Below, in pieces: positions 20,501-27,108 of a stretch of DNA of 32,000 bases (positions are counted from its first letter, which is position 1; each line of letters starts with the position of its first letter). The DNA comes from Candidatus Poseidoniaceae archaeon (GTDB taxonomy: Archaea > Thermoplasmatota > Poseidoniia > Poseidoniales > Poseidoniaceae): positions 120,001 to 152,000 of the forward strand of contig CALSTM010000002.1 of assembly GCA_943789275.1 (NCBI GenBank), read 5' to 3'. The notes under the pieces are model-generated. The model was not told where the DNA came from. It did no database searches and worked only from the letters and a program-made list of their open reading frames with translations. The position numbers were made by a program, and so were the translations under genes.

Positions 20501-20561
20501 CGGTGGGGGAAATTGACGTGCGCATTGCTTTCACTGTTGTTCGGCTTGTTTGATGCCTCAT
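11577..20561 (-). CDS. giant (~3000 aa) surface protein: bacterial TSP3-type Ca-binding repeats, transglutaminase-like core, many Ig-like/CarboxypepD_reg-like beta-sandwich repeats, C-terminal TM and DUF4129-like cytoplasmic domain
   Basis: A single ORF of 3003 codons runs from TTG 20588; the first ATGs are at 20561 and 20525. The N-terminal hydrophobic segment is FKSVALTAMMLLSTFAAIPYV. It contains DxDxDGLxDxxE repeats. The TGase-like core is GTCSEFNTAFVTMARLAGLPARKVSGF...TTWGEV...GWIAFDACP (~17410-17650). More than a dozen modules of the type TDxxGxFxxxW/F follow. The TM is IPSWAYVLTLLLLGLVTAGVVMY (~11958-12025). The tail carries ...FETVREFEMAIRQAM...LDNMFEQARYSREE, typical of DUF4129. Confidence 0.93.
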   Translation of the reverse strand: MRHQTSRTTVKAMRTSISPTEPRFQWQILQHRNAFKSVALTAMMLLSTFAAIPYVSMDVLAASDQDGDGLTYGLEYLMNTAPNDPDSDNDGLPDGWEWKYGLDPLSSNGVDGAVGDPDGDGMSNLQEYSYLQPSSWDSSSTPNILDRGVWWNGTVPVNDWNEEDALQYNRPGCGDSGSDGQGSIILCDEDPVGNICTNGFDDDKDGLVDSADPDNDGDADCSSNDDDGDGIEDEDVAGWDTDGDGMDDGWEAANGLNATSPSNADGPNGDPDGDGLINLLEYVNPTWTTMCGSSPCFRNGPDGIVTETTSPCDPVDGVGPGGCATFTAEVDGITSTNPQRADSDGDGLNDSYEALTLLTDPTSSDTDRDGIPDGVEINAGYGNPPQASNPRSNNTDGDAFDDGDEDSNFNGVLDAGETDPTRMEDSGDEDNDGIQNWEENLSCTLWDVADTDFGGINDGDERNVSHGTDPCDSLVNFETTVVVWNGGNGQLEVLDGTGFNPSGGVGWFNTSGTWIPFAYAATVNNFLQGVSPAPVAGVTQVSNRNGSFCHTSATASGTIGTTQTYCDDDYLDTDADGLADWQELLGTFGWFSNPTLADTDADGVSDFDEVFDNTDPNEPCVNLLDEDLDGLNNYFETTTGCDLSFIGILNGSSDVWVTDDLDLDTDAGGVSDRDEYFDGTNPENDPTDDLLPADFDGDGVPDAVENQTGTDWTNPDTDGGGMSDGMECSQEFWVLGCVGSPFDPFDPSDDITPTEIVFWANNTSGAVDTSIVHRWRMTTYDFYTGTTYAHLESVHPYEAIVLPSSNLTHLADLAFANETLDWFIKYQNPIDIGSLPVPDSISNISFIVDSAGVLQRSNDSHNIRVVTGPIQEIYVQQPEYYFDWATLASSTVPGANSSYELILPSSFTDPTNASSYLLNVTTAIVSESGATNAYDSALAIQDFLANGNATTDFKRNYNGSRIPTTEDLSTSLVESVFEGTCSEFNTAFVTMARLAGLPARKVSGFSGGTWNGEGYTVYSNDLTTWGEVRLQQNAANGDTDLGWIAFDACPAAEEVEIVNQSISSLLYDRDANNTLTVSGQLRFTENATAIPLLPLVGYLVPVGLEGQVPGAASIPGFQIGSEVTLSNGTFSFTGSPPEMAGPGMYRVVVKLDQQGYVSESGIVYDGYVNVTDDSVINHTGPNAINAPIAGAGALTVIEGTLKLESPPFDAVQNVGILDDSPPEIWLSFTSSVNGFTNLSSPLNSDGSWSIELELDPLETKTNVSATLGFSGWQDTQVVGLTPVQFHLRPTTTAILIDVRDAPNLTATLEGPLTNKSILVINDDLWVNGSALTTGASPVAMPGNLSFSIRQNGTSDDWLQVFNRTVNGAFSLQHLLTTADAQVLAGEIEIQLRFFPDAIEATDDANLSSSAPHLLRGFLEFEVLASSQLRGSDSSILVTVLDHRGLSSDLFISGNFDFGFNGSWVNTTVDPISESMTISWLIDSTLLAGDYPFSISFNGSDLYQPSTGLAQIRVAAEVDWNLSVSQDWTHIGNTSYIFGDIFDAQYPNVKVLGDNITMLTLTMFNFEGQPFDLSQGFLNNTTGSFNLSFTAPTSNPSNAYEVVLGMDFDTMAPDGGSYYRFVDSSVPPAVPLLPSTLVGIESEFVIEPERDALIVEMNQSVDFIAKVTDLADRSNVSDANVEFIFDWGNSNTSMGFGVSDAEGNSTLQWTATGINPGFYDVLVIVYDDLTDGLAVGNSRRTGNSSIVNLTVQVPSDIRLDSVPTVTTAGIDFNVLGQVLDADDPTRPLTSPVEMSAFWLSNPDELLVSSYQTSPNGTFNMSVPTDTSGNGTLRGDRTLVITVIEGSSPFYLTATTQSGILVMGVSQFNNIQPLNPITVNRGSTVNITARLLESSNLFAPLSGFDVDIQFHETWLPGTQTDGEGSANFSHLVPFSHPLGLIVVTLVFNGSADLLSTQVNLSTVTIRSTTVMIVDPIAANPIAGTSFNVSGRVLSDNGSGLEQRDGTVLPSNILFSINGLPIGFTVTGGSVTAGGLWNASLLLSEAFEAGNNSLEASYVPSVNYYIGSVSNASFDSRGFSTLVFVKPSLDGIGSPSLNDRTERGENVTVQVLLRDNTLSPISAQQVLVRLTGTDVSTTLTTFENGTAYGSLVVPSNQSVGFNDLEVLFSGTPGTTGILGSNASTQFVVLAQTNITITSSPATLVAGDSFSVEGILLDDLGQSLAIDGVPSLAIVHLLIDGVPVSSVETNAANGTFSVAWTLPENTAAGAHQIEVRFLGGRDWVDPIGVGDPGNPDYYLPSSAQVDFNVSVPTKILLLTATGEVDREALMTIQGRLLDLVDSPLDNLSVEVWLGGQWMTNVSTDETGLFTAVYPVPADAQLGPIDLEIRFTGTPFYLPSNATGTWNVFSPILVSVSMESPVAVGQNTTITGTVVDNQLTGVADLEVELEVEGLVIATVLTDSTGAFTYEWTVPDTFGFGNNSLFAVVEAQGFYRSNTGNTTFFLAHRSDVTLIFDDGKDATRGNLWTLSGRLYDIDTVNNDGLANMELSLRLDDVELMTLTTQDDGSWSAIVPATLDLLRGDHLFTVYFEGTQAHLGTQSTGTATVWANAQITIDETSSNIVVRSDSTFAPIVLTGSISEIGGLGEVFDNVTLYLGNGSQCLAQKDGARCLDNLLIDWANGNFTLTATAPPFLSAGSQYLHLETPRHDEHYLNAASSAHPIYVKINADILVTLDEVVENEQEDIGGSILITAEDTKQGVSGITVTIYMYSENGTQLSNPLQPLTDADGVAEFDFKSDPPYGDVDEWGMVTLEILINDPRLSQQTLDEFALDAGQASMLSYKFQEEEKQIPSWAYVLTLLLLGLVTAGVVMYRRRQSAELLQEAAEVFAYTAELLAAGDSIRETIFTCYQNLCSIFQQNGFLRRDFETVREFEMAIRQAMPQISDEALLALDNMFEQARYSREEMGEQHQAAATQALGRMSEEISSLTKVPPREFTSQK

Positions 20562-20741
20562 AAGGGAAATGGTGCGATGTTCATACAATATTCATGTTCC
20601 GAAGATTCCTTTGCGGGGTGAAAACGTAAAGAAAGCCTCGCAGTTGCCACTTTTAATCCTGCAAAAGTGAAGAAGAAACCCTTCAGAGTTATTTCGAGAC
20701 TTTTTGCTGGTTCTCACCCAGTGACACGGGGTCGAAAAGCA

Positions 20742-23699
20742 TCACAAATCGTCGAGTTCGTCCAAAAGTTCCAGGTCATCGTCTTCTTCAACAACCGGTT
20801 CTGGAATCGACTCTTCAGGGACAATATTGGCTTCAAATTCCTCATCAACCCAATTTAATTTGGATTCCGTATGAACACCTGACGATTGACCTCGACGATA
20901 CACTGCAAAGACCATCACGATGACAAGTCCTGCTCCAAGTACCAGCGTTTCTGACCCTGGATTGACAACTTCATTCATGAGACAACCAATACCGTTGCAG
21001 TTGGTTTGGTAGGTGAACGGTACAATTTGGGTGTATTCTGCATCGTAGGGAACTTCTTCATCCATTGGAGTGACCGTGAGTGTGAACTTGACTTGTTCCC
21101 CATCTTTGAGGTTGTCTGGAGGTGTCATCGAAACTGAGAAGTCTTTGTCCGAGTAAGCGGGCAAGGTAAGCAACAGGAAACTGCCTCCAGCTTGATCTGA
21201 GGATGCACGAATGACCCCCGTCCAGCCGTTTGGTTCGTCCAGTGTAATCACGACATCAAGAGGAATGTTGTTGTCGTTCGAAATCTTGTAGTTGAGATTT
21301 CTTTGCTGATTGGATTCAAACTGAATAATTTCACTGCTGGAGTCGGTAATGGTGATTCTTCCCGCTACGACTTCTTCTCGGACTTCAACGGTCACAGGCA
21401 GGTCGAAATATCGCGCTTCTTCTGAATCGACCCCTTCTTCAATGACACGGACAAAGACGGTGTGAAGGCCTGCCTCAACGTTCTTACCAAGCGTCATGTC
21501 GAGTTTGAGGTCAACGTATTCATCCTGTTCAAGATAGACAACAACCATGTTTGATTCAGTGCCGTTGGAAATTTCATAATCCCATGTACCGTACATTGGA
21601 CTTCCATCTGGCTCTTCAGTATTACGTTCAAGGTCACTTGGGTTAATGATTCGCCATGTTGTTTGGCCCAGCCCTTCAGTTGAATCGGTAATACGCAAGT
21701 TGTAGTAAACCGAACTATCAGGTGCAACTGGACCCACTGTCCCAAGGGTACCGCCATCGGAATCGGCTATGACTTCAACAAGAATACCAAACGTTCTGTG
21801 AACGGTAAAGGCCACATCTGTGGTGAGGGAAGTATCGCTCGAACTCGAGACAGAGAAACGAACCAACCCAATATCTTGGGCATCACGCTCGCTTGGAGGG
21901 AATACATCCATTCGAACGGTGAGGATTTGGTTGGAGCCAATATCGGGTGTCAATGAGTAAATTCCTTCTTCAGAGAGTTCCATGCCTGTATCGTTGTCGT
22001 AGAACTTGTATTGCCAGGCATCAGGCAGATCAGTCACTCGAAGGCGGAAAGCATCCGTGATGAATCCGGCATTGAACACATCGACGAAGAACTCGCCTTT
22101 GGTATCGCCAGCATCAACATAGTGAGAAAGTGTTTCGTCATAGGCTTCTGGACGGGTGGAATCAGCAATCTGAATTTGGTGCTCAAAGTCTTCAAAGACT
22201 GAAATTCGCGGTGGTGCAAGTACTTCAGACTCCTCAAGTGAGAGCGTGATGGTTTTGATTGAAACTTGGTCGTTTTGGGCATTCTCAGTATCTGCGTATG
22301 CCCGAGCCTCAATTTCAATGCTGCTCGGAGCCGATGTCAAGTCACCGTCGACCACGTCAAACGAAAGAATCGGTCGAGCAAACGAACCGCCACCGTTCAG
22401 TGTGTAGCCACCCGACTGGTCCCACACAGGGTCCGACCATGAGCTCGGGAACGGTGAGCCAACCAAATCAAAGATGACGTTCATGGAAGAAGAAGTTGAG
22501 CCAGTATGTTCAATCAAGAACTCAATACTGGATGTTTGACCCGGTGCAATCAGCACCGTGTCGGGCTGTGAAGAAGGAAGAGAGAGATACATATCGTATT
22601 CGATGAAGGTGATTCCTGGATGCTCGAACACAAGCGTGTGACCTTGTAAATCGCTGATCTCGAGTTGCAAGGGATATTCTCCAGCGGTCGTACCTGAATC
22701 ATAGGTAAACGTGTAGTTCCCAATGAGTCCTTCGTTATCGAGCTTCAAATCATCGTCCTCAAAGGACTTGTCAAAGACGGAGTTTGCTCCGTTTGGTGTG
22801 CTCAAAATCAAGTCGACACCTTGTATGTCATCGCGGCCAAAAGCATCACGGACATCCACGGTAAATTGCATGGTTCGAAATTCTGGGCGATGGTTCGGAG
22901 ACCATTCAGTCACTTCAGGGTCGGTAAAACTTGCACCTGGGCGGTGGACTTTGACCGAAGAATCCGCCAGTGCATTCGCCTTGAGTTCAAGTTTTGAGAA
23001 TCCATTGGTCTGTTCAACATCTCCAAAGGCGACATTGACTTCACAATTGTCTCCTCCAATACCGCCGCCACCGCTGCTTTCACAGGTCGCTTGCGCATCG
23101 ATGTCAAGTTCAATCTGTTTTCCGTTCTCGACGGTAAAACCGTTTGATGAGATTTCAAAATCGATGACGCTCAATGTCCACGGGCAAGCACTGGTTCCGA
23201 ATGTCCCGCCTGTACAAGGGTCTTCAATGGTCTCGGAGTACGAATCGATTTCACTGCCGCCAGCACCAAGCGAATAGGTAATGTCTGCTGTCGAGCCAGT
23301 TGTACCTCTGAATTGAATGTACAATGAAAGAGTCACAAGGTCCGTGCTTCCACGGCCATACACTTGCAAGTCAGAAATCATTTCAGGTGATTGGAAGGTG
23401 AGACCGCCGAGTGCACTCTCTTCTTGGTGTGAGCCGGATGGCTCTTCGGTGGTGATGGAACCATCTCCACCGCTTTCAGAAGTCATTTCATCAAGGTACA
23501 GGTCATAGGATTGACACGATGTGCAATCACCGCTTGATGCAGAAATAATAGGCGCCTCAGCCAGCGTTTTTTCCTCAATGGAAATCGAGTCCGTGGGTGC
23601 CGAGATTGGCAGTACTGAGCCAACCATGAGGACAACCAGAAGCATTGGTAAAAGTCGATTCACTGAAGTTGAATGTTGAGAGGACACCCTGTTCACCAT
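20742..23699 (-). CDS. large (985 aa) secreted, C-terminally anchored surface protein with CARDB/NEW3-like beta-sandwich repeats
   Basis: ATG start with signal-like RLLPMLLVVLMVGSVLPISAP. Repeated modules carry the N-x-G ... P-x-x-W pattern (FVDVFNAGFITDAFRLRVTDLPDAWQYKF; LNYKISNDNNIPLDVVITLDEPNGWTGVI; IEFLIEHTGSTSS...PFPSSWSD). The C-terminal TM is LVLGAGLVIVMVFAVY, followed by a very acidic tail (EEDDDLELLDELDDL). The repeat family is tentative. Confidence 0.88.
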   Translation of the reverse strand: MVNRVSSQHSTSVNRLLPMLLVVLMVGSVLPISAPTDSISIEEKTLAEAPIISASSGDCTSCQSYDLYLDEMTSESGGDGSITTEEPSGSHQEESALGGLTFQSPEMISDLQVYGRGSTDLVTLSLYIQFRGTTGSTADITYSLGAGGSEIDSYSETIEDPCTGGTFGTSACPWTLSVIDFEISSNGFTVENGKQIELDIDAQATCESSGGGGIGGDNCEVNVAFGDVEQTNGFSKLELKANALADSSVKVHRPGASFTDPEVTEWSPNHRPEFRTMQFTVDVRDAFGRDDIQGVDLILSTPNGANSVFDKSFEDDDLKLDNEGLIGNYTFTYDSGTTAGEYPLQLEISDLQGHTLVFEHPGITFIEYDMYLSLPSSQPDTVLIAPGQTSSIEFLIEHTGSTSSSMNVIFDLVGSPFPSSWSDPVWDQSGGYTLNGGGSFARPILSFDVVDGDLTSAPSSIEIEARAYADTENAQNDQVSIKTITLSLEESEVLAPPRISVFEDFEHQIQIADSTRPEAYDETLSHYVDAGDTKGEFFVDVFNAGFITDAFRLRVTDLPDAWQYKFYDNDTGMELSEEGIYSLTPDIGSNQILTVRMDVFPPSERDAQDIGLVRFSVSSSSDTSLTTDVAFTVHRTFGILVEVIADSDGGTLGTVGPVAPDSSVYYNLRITDSTEGLGQTTWRIINPSDLERNTEEPDGSPMYGTWDYEISNGTESNMVVVYLEQDEYVDLKLDMTLGKNVEAGLHTVFVRVIEEGVDSEEARYFDLPVTVEVREEVVAGRITITDSSSEIIQFESNQQRNLNYKISNDNNIPLDVVITLDEPNGWTGVIRASSDQAGGSFLLLTLPAYSDKDFSVSMTPPDNLKDGEQVKFTLTVTPMDEEVPYDAEYTQIVPFTYQTNCNGIGCLMNEVVNPGSETLVLGAGLVIVMVFAVYRRGQSSGVHTESKLNWVDEEFEANIVPEESIPEPVVEEDDDLELLDELDDL

Positions 23700-23753
23700 C
23701 TCGGCCTGTCCCTCCGACTGTTAAACGGTTTTGCATTGGTTGTTCATGAAAAC

Positions 23754-23770
23754 CCCCCTCTACGAGGGGG
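23754..23770 (-). terminator. GC hairpin plus T-tract downstream of tRNA-Leu
   Basis: On the minus strand the sequence reads CCCCCTC-GTA-GAGGGGG followed by GTTTTC. This is a 7-bp G/C stem 20 nt after the tRNA 3' end and ~55 nt upstream of the 985-aa gene start. Confidence 0.45.
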
Positions 23771-23789
23771 AACCGGAAAGTGAATCAAA

Positions 23790-23873
23790 TGCAGGGGGTG
23801 GGATACGAACCCACGAACCCATACGGGACCGGATCTTAAGCCCGGCGCCTTTGACCACCTCAGCCACCCCTGC
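23790..23873 (-). tRNA. tRNA-Leu (anticodon UAA), class II with long variable arm, no encoded CCA
   Basis: The cloverleaf was folded by hand. Acceptor: GCAGGGG/CCCCTGC. D stem: GCU/GGC. Anticodon stem: CCGGG/TCCGG, with loop CTTAAGA. Variable arm: CCC-GTAT-GGG. T arm: GTGGG-TTCGTAT-CCCAC. Discriminator: A. Confidence 0.93.
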
Positions 23874-23922
23874 AGGTAGCCGTACCTGCAACAGGATTTG
23901 AAGAAAACCCTTCGCCACTTGG

Positions 23923-24669
23923 CTAAGGAGCAACGGACCAACCACCGTCAACTTCGATGATTTGCCCGGATAAGTAAGGCGAATCAAGTAGGAAATTGAC
24001 GGTATTGGCGACGTCTTCAACCTCTCCGGCACGTCCGAGCGGAATCTTCTCAACTACGGAGGCAAAGTGCTCAGCTTCCCATTCAGCTGCCATGATTGCT
24101 CCAGGAGCAACGCAGTTCACTCGGACTTCTGGCGCTAAATCACCTGCGAGATTCATCATGAGTTGACGAAGAGCCGCTTTGCTTGAGGTATAGTGAGAGA
24201 GTCCTTTCCAAGCACGCCCGAGTGATGTATCAATCATCCCGATGACACAACCGTTCGCGTTCTTGAGCGGCTCGATGAGTCGCTGAGTTAGAAGGAAAGG
24301 AACCTCCACATGGATTCGATTGTTGAGGCGTAGTTCTGCAAGAGAAACTTCTTCAAAGTCCATCGAATTATAGATTGAAGCATTGTGGACTAAGCCGTGC
24401 AATCCACCGTTGTTTTTCACGGATTCATGAGCCAGAACATGCTCGATAAGTTGGTTCAATTCACCGTCGCTGTCAAGGTCCGCTTTGACAATTTCTGCCG
24501 TTGCCGGTATGCCGGTTTCACGCTGATATTCATCAAGTAAGAGTTGAGCCTCTGCAAATGAACTCCGCACATGAAGAAAAACAAACCATCCTTCAGACAA
24601 AAGTTTCGTCGCAATAGCTGCTCCAATCCGCTTACCGCTGCCGGTTATGAGTGCAACCCGTTGTCCCAT
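23923..24669 (-). CDS. short-chain dehydrogenase/reductase, pteridine reductase (FolM/PTR1)-like
   Basis: The track ORF starts 10 codons upstream (24699). ATG 24669 gives MGQRVALITGSGKRIGAAIA, a TGxxxRIG cofactor motif placed as in SDRs. Also present are LHVRSS, NASIY and the catalytic YTSSKAAL (YxxxK). The pteridine-reductase subtype is inferred only from the KRIG/NAS motifs. Confidence 0.8.
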   Translation of the reverse strand: MGQRVALITGSGKRIGAAIATKLLSEGWFVFLHVRSSFAEAQLLLDEYQRETGIPATAEIVKADLDSDGELNQLIEHVLAHESVKNNGGLHGLVHNASIYNSMDFEEVSLAELRLNNRIHVEVPFLLTQRLIEPLKNANGCVIGMIDTSLGRAWKGLSHYTSSKAALRQLMMNLAGDLAPEVRVNCVAPGAIMAAEWEAEHFASVVEKIPLGRAGEVEDVANTVNFLLDSPYLSGQIIEVDGGWSVAP

Positions 24670-24819
24670 GAACTCGACCAACACATCAACCCTCATCAAT
24701 GCTGTTAAACATGCATACAGTCAATACTTTGAACAAACAAAATCAAGATGTTTACAAATGCAGTCCAAAGTACACCTTTTTGAAAGGCAAAGCATCGGGT
24801 AAAACAAGGGGGAGCAGAG

Positions 24820-25848
24820 GTGTCCGGCAAACAACTTCCGATGGCGAGTAAAACGCCTCCTGCATTGCGCCCAAAACCAAAGCGAGAAAGGCTACCCTCT
24901 TGGTTCAAAACTACACTTCCATCTGGAGAACAGCAGGCTCTCTTTAACAAGACAAAGGCGGCAGTGAAAGACAACGCCCTTCACACCGTCTGTCAAGAAG
25001 CACGCTGCCCGAATATTCACGATTGTTGGGCAAGCGGCGATGCCACCTTCATGATTGCTGGCCAAGAATGTACCAGAGGATGTCGATTCTGTGCAGTTGG
25101 AACCATCAAAACTCCTCCTCCTCTTGAGGTCAATGAGCCGAAACAATTGGCTGATGCTGTGGATTCAATGAATTTACGCCATGTCGTGATCACGGTCGTC
25201 AACAGAGATGACCTGCCGGACAGTGGTGCAGAGCATTACAAATCGTGTATCGATGCAGTTCATGAGCGAAGCCCTGAAATCACGCTTGAGTTGCTGTGCT
25301 CGGATTTAGCAGGCGACCACGACGCACTCGAACTTCTTCTACGCGAGAGTCCGTTGTCCGTTTTCGCCCACAATGTCGAGTGCGTACCGCGGCTTGATAC
25401 AACGGTGCGTGACCACCGTGCGTCCTTTTCTCAATCGTTGGAAATCCTCAGACAAGCAAAAGTGCTTCGACCGGACATCATTACGAAATCTTCACTGATG
25501 GTTGGGGTTGGAGAAACCGACCAAGAGATTACCGAAGCCTTGCACCTCTTGCGTGAAGCAAACGTTGACCTTATCACCATCGGCCAGTACCTTGCCCCCT
25601 CTGCAAAACACCTCACAGTAGACCGATTCCCTGAACCTGAGATGTACGATATGTGGGCGCTTCAAGCCATTGAAATGGGCTTTGCAGGGATTGCGAGTGG
25701 CCCTCTTGTTCGTTCCTCATTCAAAGCGGGATTACTGCTTCGTAAAACACTCGACTCAAACAATCAAGAAACAATGCCTGGTGCATATGTCTACGTCGCT
25801 CAACCCCATAGCGATTCACCGGCACCACTTAAGACAGAGATGGAGTGA
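24820..25848 (+). CDS. lipA: lipoyl synthase
   Basis: The auxiliary-cluster motif CPNIHDC...(ATFMI) and the radical-SAM motif CTRGCRFC are both present. A GTG start at 24820 lies 5 nt after GGGGGAG; an alternative ATG is at 24841. Confidence 0.93.
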   Translation: MSGKQLPMASKTPPALRPKPKRERLPSWFKTTLPSGEQQALFNKTKAAVKDNALHTVCQEARCPNIHDCWASGDATFMIAGQECTRGCRFCAVGTIKTPPPLEVNEPKQLADAVDSMNLRHVVITVVNRDDLPDSGAEHYKSCIDAVHERSPEITLELLCSDLAGDHDALELLLRESPLSVFAHNVECVPRLDTTVRDHRASFSQSLEILRQAKVLRPDIITKSSLMVGVGETDQEITEALHLLREANVDLITIGQYLAPSAKHLTVDRFPEPEMYDMWALQAIEMGFAGIASGPLVRSSFKAGLLLRKTLDSNNQETMPGAYVYVAQPHSDSPAPLKTEME

Positions 25849-25857
25849 GGTGGAACA

Positions 25858-27099
25858 ATGACCGAGAGAGTGACTGCCACGACAAAGCCGTACACAATCG
25901 GGCGACCGCCGTTCCGACCGGGCGAGGACGCTGATTTCGGTGGCAAGTTCAGCGAACAACCCGGTGATTTGAATCGACCTGACCCCGCATCATGCACCGC
26001 ACAAGACACCGTCCCTCACGCATCCGGTTTGATACGGGTACTCGATGACAACGGGGTTGCAAGCGGGGAATGGAATCCAATGCTGGATGCAGAGACGTTG
26101 ATTCAAGGTCTTGAATACATGATGCGGTTGAGAATATTCGATGACCGAATGATGAAGATGCAGCGAACGGGTAAACTCTCCTTCTACATGCGCTCTTTTG
26201 GTGAAGAAGCAATCGCCATTGCTCAAACAATGGCACTCGAGACACAGGACTGGATTTTCCCATCTTACCGTCAACCAGGCGCTCAATTTGTTCGTGGACG
26301 TGACATGGTGAGTATGATTTGCCACTGCATTGGTAATACAGAAGACAACGTGAAAGGCCGTCAAATGCCCGTCCACTACACCTGGAAACCGGGACGATTC
26401 ATTTCGATTTCCTCTCCTGTCGGGACCCAATTTTCCCAAGCGGTCGGAGTTGCAATGGCCAGCGCCTACAAGGGCGACGATGAAGTCTGCATTTCATGGC
26501 TCGGTGATGGGACATCTGCTCAAGGAGATTATCACTATGCTCTCAACTTCGCTTCCACCTTCAAACCACCAGTGATTCTCAATGTTGTCAACAACCAGTG
26601 GGCCATTTCCACCCACGCAAACTTAGCAACAGGTGGACGCACATTCGCTGAGCGTGGACTTGCTTACGACATTCCATCGATGCGAGTTGATGGCAACGAT
26701 TTCCTCGCTCTTTACAGCGTGACCAAATGGGCTCGGCTACGAGCAGCTGCCGGACTCGGCGCAACGCACATCGAAGTCTACACCTATCGAGCAGGAGCCC
26801 ACTCCTCATCGGACGACTCATCTGCTTACCGTCCGAAAGATGAATTCAAGCAATGGCCTGGTGGCGACCCCATTCTGCGTCTTAAGGAGCATCTCATCAA
26901 AGCTGAACTCTGGGACGAACAACGCCATGTTGAACTCGCAAAGAAAATCGATGAAGAGGTCATGACCTCCTACAAGGCTGCATGTGAATTCGGAGATTTG
27001 GCAAGTGGGCCCTATCCACCGGCCTCAACCATCTTTACTGAAGTCTATGAAACCGTGCCATGGCATGTTCAAGAACAACGAGAGGAACTCGGGAAGTGA
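25858..27099 (+). CDS. 2-oxoacid (branched-chain type) dehydrogenase E1 component, alpha subunit (TPP-binding)
   Basis: 413 aa. SFYMRSFGEEAIAIAQ, YRQPG and the TPP motif LGDGTSAQGDYHYALNFASTFKPPVILNVVNNQWAIST are present. The start follows GAGGTG, which overlaps the lipA stop. Confidence 0.9.
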   Translation: MTERVTATTKPYTIGRPPFRPGEDADFGGKFSEQPGDLNRPDPASCTAQDTVPHASGLIRVLDDNGVASGEWNPMLDAETLIQGLEYMMRLRIFDDRMMKMQRTGKLSFYMRSFGEEAIAIAQTMALETQDWIFPSYRQPGAQFVRGRDMVSMICHCIGNTEDNVKGRQMPVHYTWKPGRFISISSPVGTQFSQAVGVAMASAYKGDDEVCISWLGDGTSAQGDYHYALNFASTFKPPVILNVVNNQWAISTHANLATGGRTFAERGLAYDIPSMRVDGNDFLALYSVTKWARLRAAAGLGATHIEVYTYRAGAHSSSDDSSAYRPKDEFKQWPGGDPILRLKEHLIKAELWDEQRHVELAKKIDEEVMTSYKAACEFGDLASGPYPPASTIFTEVYETVPWHVQEQREELGK

Positions 27100-27108
27100 G
27101 GTGCTGAT

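Noticed and set aside
11577-23873. Classical integrative mobile element inserted at tRNA-Leu
   Set aside because: No integrase, transposase or plasmid/virus gene is present. By eye I found no second copy of the tRNA 3' half (GGGTTCGTATCCCACCCCCTGCA) that would mark an att site at the far end near 11400-11600. Only the weaker variable-island hypothesis is retained.
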